A stretch of 41,995 nucleotides of DNA. Source: Perkinsus chesapeaki ATCC PRA-425 (taxonomy: Eukaryota; Protista; Perkinsozoa). Where the stretch lies: the NCBI GenBank assembly GCA_013115145.1, contig JAAPAO010000296.1:1-41995 (forward strand). The letters are read 5' to 3'. Shown piece after piece: positions 34,760-41,995 of this stretch. Numbering within the stretch: the first letter of the stretch is position 1; each line of letters begins with the position of its first letter. The notes beneath the pieces were generated by a model. It was not told the origin of the DNA, made no database searches, and worked only from the letters and a program-made list of their open reading frames with translations. The position numbers and the translations under genes were made by a program.

Positions 34760-35913
34760 CTAACCATTCTTCAACCGATTAAATGCCTCAGCGTTCCTTT
34801 GAAGCTTCTGTTTCTTTTTTAAGCGTTTCTTTTGGCTCTTGGTTAAACCAGCCACCATACTATCTACCTCACTGCTCGCTACGTCGGTCGTGGGGGAAGC
34901 CTTGACATCAGACCATCACACGACGCACGCCAGCTGTACCTTCATCACTACCTTTGTACTTTTACTGCCCAATGCCGCTCGACCTTCATCATCGCTATCG
35001 TCTTTAGTCCGCTTCAACTCTAGCTTCTCTTCATCATCATCGTCACTGCCCTCCTCATTACGGCGTTTACCTGCACCACACCACTATGCGGAACTGGTTA
35101 AATTAACCAGGTTAATAGGGAGCTTCTCAAGTGAATGCACAGCGAACGATAGGTAGCAGTTGAAGCTTCCCCTCATCCTTAGTCTACTTCGACCAACGTC
35201 ACTCAATTACACCCACACAGCGTCCGCATGGCCAAGCCGTTCCTACCCGTTAACTTGGCCCGGAGCTTTGAACGCATGTTGGCATCTTTACGCATGTCTC
35301 TTATCATCTCAAGGGTGCATCCCAGACCTACAACACAGATGAAGTATTATACCAAGGTAAGCTGCCTGATTTGATCGACACTTAGTTCATTGGCTACTCT
35401 TTAATATTATATACAGTTACTAATATACTATTAGTTATTATTGATAGTCAGTTATGAGTATGTGGCCAGGTAAGAACGGTCCCTAGCTCCATGTTCAGTT
35501 TTCTCTATGGCCCATCTATTCACCCCTTGTGCCACTTAACCGTCATCTATGGCCAGTGGTGAGGGCCAACGGGATACTACCCCCAAATCTTTCTAGTAGC
35601 AAGTGCTCTGATAGCGACATGAGTACCAATGAATTAACATCGGCGATGCGCAATGATTCCGGCGGCGGCGGCGGTGGCAAAGGTATGGCATCCATATAGT
35701 ACCCATTCTCTCAGTCCTCAATCCATGCTTTGCCGTATCCACAGCTCTCATCCACTCTTGCCTTATCGGATCTGACTCAGCAGCCGCCTCGGGTGGTGTA
35801 TCCGCAGTAGGGTCATCATCGTCATCAGATGATGGGCAGAACTCGATGATGGGAGGTTCCTTCTTCTGCTCCTCGGAGTCCATGTCACCAACTGAAAACG
35901 CCCTGTGCGCCAT
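34760..35913 (-). CDS. Hypothetical acidic/Lys-rich protein (possibly nucleolar); internal exons uncertain
   Basis: MAHRAFSVGDMDSEEQKKEPPIIEFCPSSDDDDD..., GLGCTLEMIRDMRKDANMRSKLRAKLTG, ...SEVDSMVAGLTKEPKKRLKKKQKLQRNAEAFNRLKNG* (stop 34760-34762). Confidence 0.5.
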
Positions 35914-36337
35914 ACTACTCTCCTAGTTCTGGACAGATCAGCGCCCGCTCTCCTTCCGGTCCGATTGACGAACCAAACTTCAACGATCTCTGGATGGAAC
36001 TAGAGCTAGAGGAAGGATTACCAAGAACGATGTAAGGCCTCCCGTTCCTAGGTTAGAGCAAGTCTACTCCGCACTTAATCCCATTTTAGCTGTGCACCTT
36101 GACACACTGTTATTGGACAGAAGGGATAAGCCACTAATCGAAATGAAGTGGGAGATGTTGTAAGTGCCAATCCTCAAATCGGGGCCATCGGCCCGCTGTG
36201 GGCGCCTGACCGGTGATAACTCTCGAGGGCTCCATGCGCTATAGATGACTCTTATAGTATGTTTGCATTAACCTCTCAAGAACGTGCTCTGGAAATACCT
36301 ATGGATAGCAGATCCCCGGCGCCTTGAGATGAGGTGG

Positions 36338-36353
36338 ATAAGGTGCACCTTAT
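36338..36353. promoter_or_regulatory. Perfect 16-bp palindrome ATAAGGTGCACCTTAT in a divergent intergenic region
   Basis: Self-complementary. Related half-sites AAGGTGCCTTA (36392-36402) and TGCACCTTAT (36410-36419) lie nearby. Function is inferred only. Confidence 0.35.
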
Positions 36354-36708
36354 AATCAAAAGGTTGTGAAAGCGCCTTGCCTGAAAATTGAAAGGTGCCT
36401 TACGGTTCTTGCACCTTATGGCGTCTTGTGAATAGGCCCCCGATGTGTTCGTGACTTAGCAAAGCCAACTCCAATAGTCAAATGTTGGCTACGCACAGTT
36501 TGACACAGTTGCGCGCGCCCTCGTCGTTGTGGGCTCTCCGATCTCCTGCACCCTCAAGCGTCAACTACCCTCGAAGGGATAGGTATGATACGGTTTTTAG
36601 CAACTCCAATGGCCCTTAGTCAACAACCCATGAACTCAAAATTACTATGTCCGAGTGTCCCCCAAGTTGCACGCGTAGTCAATTTTGCACGCATACCCAG
36701 CAAATAAT

Positions 36709-37323
36709 ATGATTATGTTGAATGATTTTTGTAACGTCTGGGACTCCCTATCCCAACGTATGTCCGTCCCGTTGGATGATATAAGTCGTTACCCCTATAC
36801 CGGCCCTACCTCTAACTTTCTAGATGGTAAGGCAACAAGTACTATCACCAGCCCATCGAGCACCACACCTTTATGCAGTAAGCAGACAGAGTCTTCTCAA
36901 CCTTCCTCGAGCCCCTCTGTTAAGGAATCGAAGAAATGCTCACGGGGGAAGAAGCGACGGCAACGCCAGAGGGATGCGTGCAGCTGCTCTGACTTTAAGG
37001 GTGCTTATAAGACTGAACTGTGCCGATGTGTTGTAGAAGGAACAATGTGCCGGTTTGGTGCTCAAAGATGCAAATGGGCTCATAGTCTAGAAGAACTGAT
37101 AGAGCATCGTAATATGGCTAAAGACCATGAAGATTCTGCCTTGTATAAAGAGGTGACTAATGCTATAGTACCTATCCCTCGTGATAGCCTACATCGGCAA
37201 CTTCGACGTCGGTCTTACTCACTACCAGAGCCAGCCCATATACGCTGTTTGCTCCCTTCATCAATATGGGTGGAACTTCTCACATGTGATGATTCTCATC
37301 TTTTATACCCTTTCTGTGAGTAA
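36709..37323 (+). CDS. Single-exon CCCH zinc-finger protein (TIS11/TTP-like YKTEL lead-in)
   Basis: AYKTELCRCVVEGTMCRFGAQRCKWAHSLEEL at 37006-37083 within an uninterrupted ORF; first ATG at 36709. Confidence 0.8.
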   Translation: MIMLNDFCNVWDSLSQRMSVPLDDISRYPYTGPTSNFLDGKATSTITSPSSTTPLCSKQTESSQPSSSPSVKESKKCSRGKKRRQRQRDACSCSDFKGAYKTELCRCVVEGTMCRFGAQRCKWAHSLEELIEHRNMAKDHEDSALYKEVTNAIVPIPRDSLHRQLRRRSYSLPEPAHIRCLLPSSIWVELLTCDDSHLLYPFCE

Positions 37324-37892
37324 CTATTACTTATTTCGTGAAGCGGCTACTACCATCCTCGCTGTGTGTTGAAGGCAAATGCGATTATCGTGCTGCTTGC
37401 CAGTTTTTCCGGGAAGTATCATCCGCACTTGGTTTTCCTGCATTAGTTCCAAAACATTGTCATTGACAATGGATACTACTGCCAGCCAGTGTCTCATGAC
37501 ATTCAATGTAGCCAATTGCTCTCCTCAATTCTTCTAGCAATACTCTCCTCGACCGGCCTACCCGTTTGACGCGTTCGTTACTGTCGTCGTTATCAGGCGC
37601 TTTGATGCCAGTCGTAGCAGACGCTCTTTGCCGCACGGCTTTTCATGGCCCGTGGGGTATACCCTCATATTGACATGTATAACATTGTTCGACGACAACG
37701 TCGTTAACGCTCTTCCGCCATCCAAGTCTAGAATATTAAGACGAATATGTTATGGTACCGAGCATGCTGCTACTGCTACATGCGGTACCATTGTTGATGG
37801 AACTATTGTTTTTATCCACCGCATGTTTCAGAGTCAAATCATCAGCCTTTCGTTAAGATGGTTATCCTCTTTACGATAGTTTTTATGCTCCT

Positions 37893-39516
37893 ATGACGGA
37901 TGTAGTTGACTCTACCAGAAAGAGGCCTTCCCCGTCACAAACAGCAGCAGCAGGAGGCAAGCGGCCACGAGCACCATCTGCAGACTCGGAGGTGCTGATG
38001 TAAGCTATACCATATTACTAGTTGAATGCTATTCATCTTCAATGGTAGTTCTAGGTACCTGATGTCACAGAATGGAGTAAGACGCGCCGTCGAGCTTGAC
38101 AACGTCTCAAGCAGCCCCGAAGAGCTCGAGGCCAGCAGGCTTCTGCTCCTCTCATCTATAGGACATGCCTTGCTTGATTCCACGGAGGAGGGTAACAAGC
38201 GTCATGAGCAACCACAGAGTAACGGCCGCACTACAGTGGAGACGAGCCAAGGATCTTCGTCAAATAACAAAGAGCGTGGTTTTGTTATGCCTTTGAAGCG
38301 CAAGCCTATGAATAAGACGCAACAGAAGGATGCAGCAGCAGTAGCAGCAAGAGGAGCCGCACCCTCAACAGTGAAGTGTCACTCGGCGAACAGTAGGGAT
38401 CTGGTGCCTCATGAGCTCCCGCCTGATGCATTTGGAGAATACCCAAGTCTAGAGCTCGACAGCTCAGGGTATCTCTCGGAGGCTAGACCGATGGTAGCCA
38501 TGAGCATGGTGGACAATCGAGGATGTAGTCAAACTAACACTGTGCTTCATCTGGCTAGGAGCCCTCCAGCTACATATGATGACCTTTACGGGCCCACACC
38601 ACCTCGACATACGAAAAATATCCAGTCGACTATACAATTCGATCGTCCACCGAAAACTGCGCCAACTACGGCGACGGAAAGCGAGCTGCCTCGGAAGCGC
38701 GTTGTGGAACCGCCGGCAGAGATTTCTCAAAGAAAAGACCCTCCTTTGGAGCAAAAGGCAACTAGTAGAATTGACGCGTCACAGAAGGGCCACAAAGGCC
38801 ACAAGGCCTCTTCAGAACATAAATTTGATGACGGGAGACATAATACTGTCAACGAGCATGTGGACGGTGGAGTGGCGAACGTGAACTGTGTCGCTACGGT
38901 GGCGGCGGAGCCGACTCAGCAAACTAGCGCTGCTGGCCTGCAACAGCGCCAGAGTGATGCTGCTCGGGAACCGGGTGAAGCTGGTACATCGAGCAAAGCT
39001 TGTGAGGACGTACTGAAGCCAGTCGAAGTGGACAGGAAGGGCGCTGAGAATCGACAAACGGGGGGAGACGATATGAATGAGGGAGATGACGACAATTTGC
39101 ATGGATTGATAGAGTATATTGATGATGGAGAGAACACAGTAGGGGCGAACCCTGGTGGCCTCAGCCCAACAGCAATGGGTCTCATCGAGGATTATGTACC
39201 TGGAAAGGATGTTATAGACTTGGAGGACTGCCGGAGTGACGAGCAACGGCCGGAGAGCTCTCGGCGGTCGAGACCATTCGATGAGCTTTTCGTGAAATTG
39301 AGTGAGGAGGATGAGGCGCTTCTATTTGAAGAGGCTCCTAGAGTCCCTAAAGAGGAATTGAAGGAGCCCATTGCTGACCAGCAGGAGCACATCATATGTG
39401 CTGAGGTCATCGACCTTGATGATGATGAGGAGGAAGGCACCGCCGGGCATGGATCCCCTAGAAGCAGCGCCTATTCGGAGATAAGCTCGATGGATGGTGT
39501 ACCATTGAAAGAGTGA
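37893..39516 (+). CDS. Hypothetical low-complexity acidic protein (2 exons)
   Basis: MTDVVDSTRKRPSPSQ...DSEVLM|YLMSQNGVRR via intron 38000-38054, then a 1.46-kb open exon to stop 39514-39516. N-terminal KRP motifs are NLS-like. Confidence 0.65.
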
Positions 39517-39660
39517 AGCAACCTATAGATTAGTCTTCTACTGAACTACTTGCCGCCATTATACTTGATAGTGCTACGTTTCCTACGATAATGACATCAT
39601 GTTTCGCTGTTTCCTTTTGTATACGCGTTTAAGGTGCAATTTACCTTGTATTTTACCCTA

Positions 39661-41513
39661 TATGAAGAGGATGGTGCGAGGGCTGACGAGGGCGGCTACA
39701 GGAAGCGGCCACCGTCGTCACGATAAGAGCTCGTCTCACCACCAGCCCTCTGAGCAGGAGTCCACTGGAGAGCTATTGGAACGGACGAGGCGGCTAGAGG
39801 AAGAGCTAGCAGCGGCTAAGGACACTGTTGAGGTTCAAAAAGAACAGGTAGTGTGATGGGCTCTGGTTGAAGGCCAGCGGCAATCGTCAGCTTGATAAAA
39901 GTCTCGTGGAGTATACCTCTGCGTTGCAACGTATAGTGTCGCTTGAGAAGGCATTAGAATCGATGAAGGAGGTACAGGATGAAAACGAGCACCTTCAGGA
40001 GAGAGTGAGGTGCCGGTAACCTGAGTATCTCCTTATCGCATTCACTCAGGTCTTAGAGCTTATCTACGAGGAGCAGGACAAGGTAAGGATACCCGCTGCA
40101 TCCTGTGTGGGGCAGAGTGGTAACTCAGGGGCCTTCCGTGGTTATAACACAAACCTTCGGAGATATTTCCATAGAGGAGGCAGCTCGACTCTTGGACGGC
40201 GAGAATGGTAGTCAAGCCATCAGCTGTTGAATTAAAATGTTCCTGTAGGCACACATAAGGAGCGAGTGCCGACTGAAGGCGCTGACATCTTGGAAGTGAG
40301 GATGCCATGACGTGTCGTGTGGATTTCGGTGTTAGGGGGTTGATTACTCTAAATTAATACTCATCGAAGATCCCGCAGGGTCAAGCCGTAAGTGGTACGG
40401 CGAGGCCGGGCTTCAAGATCTTCTCAGAGATTTGCGGTATGAGAATGAGCAGCTAAAGGTCATAAAAGTGGCACTCCGGCGGGGGGGGGACTTTTTTCCG
40501 CTCTAAACCAGGCTCCTCACAGCCGCACCGTTTTAGCATGTTATATGTTGTACTCGATGTATAACTGGTAAAGTACTACTAAACTGTGATCGACGCACTG
40601 CTGTTACAAAATACCTGCTTGTTAAAGCGTTCTAGTCCACCGTACCACTGCCTTCTACTTCTCCTCTTTAGACTACATTATCCCCCTCTAAAGACGCAAG
40701 CGAAGGTGAGAGTTATCTCACATGGTTTTGGCTCGGGACCCAATCATTTCAGATGTGAACTGTCAAATATCCCAGCCCTCTCAGCTCCACCGGCAGATAG
40801 CAGAACTGGAGCAGGACGCAAGTCGGTGCGCGGCGAATTGGGCGAGTTGGAAACCCCTGTCTGTCAGAATATCTGGCGGATCGGGAAAGGTTAGCTGCGA
40901 AGCAGCACGCGAAGGAGAAGGCGACGCTTCTAGAGAAAATTGCACATCTCGAAGCAGCAGCTTCGAGGTGCGGAGCGTGCGAGGCGTCCACTACGGATGG
41001 AGGGCTTCCGGGAAAGAGAGCCAGAACGGCCAACTCTGCTGACACGATAGAAGTGGGTTTGGCATGGGGGAGTGGGATAATTAACGAGTAGTTGGACACT
41101 GTGGCAGCTGCTCAGTCTCAGGATTTGGAAGGGCATATTCTTACTGCCATCGAGGAGCACCTTACACGAAGAGAGAATCATTTAGATAGGGCATTAGGGT
41201 AGTAGTATCCTCGGCTGTATATGCTGGAGAGTATATCAAGGTTTACCATCGCTAGTAGAATGCTACAAACCGCGAACTCGGAGCATAGCGGGGAGACTTC
41301 ATGGGAGACCATAGCTGAGAAGACTACAAGACTGAGACAATTAGAGCAGGAAGTCGAGATAAAGACAAAGTAATTACCTTATGTGCTACTTGTTCTGAGC
41401 CTTTTATTATAGACTATGCGACCAGCTGGCATTACGATTAGCAGATTCACAGTCGATAAGGCACATTACAGGTTTATCGGAGAAGGCACATTTACATGCA
41501 GCTCTACTTTGAG
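39661..41513 (+). CDS. Hypothetical multi-exon coiled-coil protein
   Basis: Short exons with heptad character: ELLERTRRLEEELAAAKD, LQRIVSLEKALESMKEVQDENEHLQERV, LLRDLRYENEQLK, KATLLEKIAHLEAAAS, KTTRLRQLEQEVEIKTK. They are separated by GT-AG introns; 3' end approximate. Confidence 0.55.
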
Positions 41514-41777
41514 TGTCTCTTTACGAGATTTCATGCGTATCATGCATAAAGATGTGTTCCTTACTGACCGACTTGACTTTTGTTATTGTGAGTACTACGG
41601 GAACTCTCACCACGATGGTGGGCCTACTGACAACGCAAGAGCAATTGAGGCTATGGCTCTGGACAAGAACGATTAATCCTTATACGATACAGATTACGGA
41701 AAAAGTTGGGAGCGATGTTACGACCCGATTCCAGGCTGCGAGCATCTTCCCCGATAAAGTCAACAAACTTGATATAA

Positions 41778-41995
41778 TTACAGATTCTCCAAGACAACGC
41801 GTTTGGCAACGTTGATACCAGTCTTGATCATACGGTCCTTACCATCAGTGACAGTAGTTCCGGCCGGATCATAATCACCCTCATCCCACTTAAGAGGGCA
41901 ACCATCAACAGTAGAGATGGCAGCGGCACGAATACCTCTGATAGAAGCAACAGCGAAGAGAGCGGAGTTCTCCATCTCAACACCAATAGCACCAG
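41778..41995 (-). CDS. Uridine/purine nucleoside phosphorylase (PNP_UDP_1 family), 3' end only, truncated by the window edge
   Basis: GAIGVEMENSALFAVASIRGIRAAAISTVDG matches the family x-E-M-E-x-A-A-L...G-x-R-A motif; stop at 41778-41780. Confidence 0.8.
   Translation of the reverse strand, partial: GAIGVEMENSALFAVASIRGIRAAAISTVDGCPLKWDEGDYDPAGTTVTDGKDRMIKTGINVAKRVVLENL

Noticed and set aside
35094-35110. 17-bp near-palindrome CTGGTTAAATTAACCAG
   Set aside because: It is AT-rich, single-copy and sits at an exon/intron edge; there is no supporting context.
37327-37880. Minus-strand open stretches after the CCCH gene
   Set aside because: The frames are interrupted by stops with no coherent model or known motif; may be UTR or decayed sequence.

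Overview
Eukaryotic, gene-dense, intron-rich genomic DNA, mostly with short (~40-60 nt) GT-AG introns. The style is most consistent with an alveolate of the Perkinsus type; this is inferred from intron style and gene content and was not database-verified. The ORF track fragments real genes, so I rebuilt spliced models by hand. Recognisable genes are an HPR/OPR-like helical-repeat RNA-binding protein, a cyclin-Y-like cyclin, an AIDA (Aida-N + Aida-C2) homologue, an MFSD1-like MFS transporter, two tandem DMT/EamA-like transporters, a ZZ-like Zn-finger protein, an RS + RanBP2-ZnF protein, CAF-1 subunit B (WD40), a LanC-like protein, a TIS11-type CCCH protein and the 3' end of a uridine/purine nucleoside phosphorylase. 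There are also several hypothetical genes, two tRNA genes and three minisatellites. The most striking pattern is that the oversized introns carry cargo. tRNA-Asn lies antisense in a 209-nt cyclin intron. tRNA-Ser lies sense in a 208-nt AIDA intron, and its first oligo-T terminator falls inside the next exon. A 939-nt AIDA intron holds a 36-bp x10 array plus ~540 nt of unexplained sequence. The tandem DMT paralogues share their three 5' introns, but four 3' introns are present in only one copy. No CRISPR array, rRNA or intact transposon was seen.
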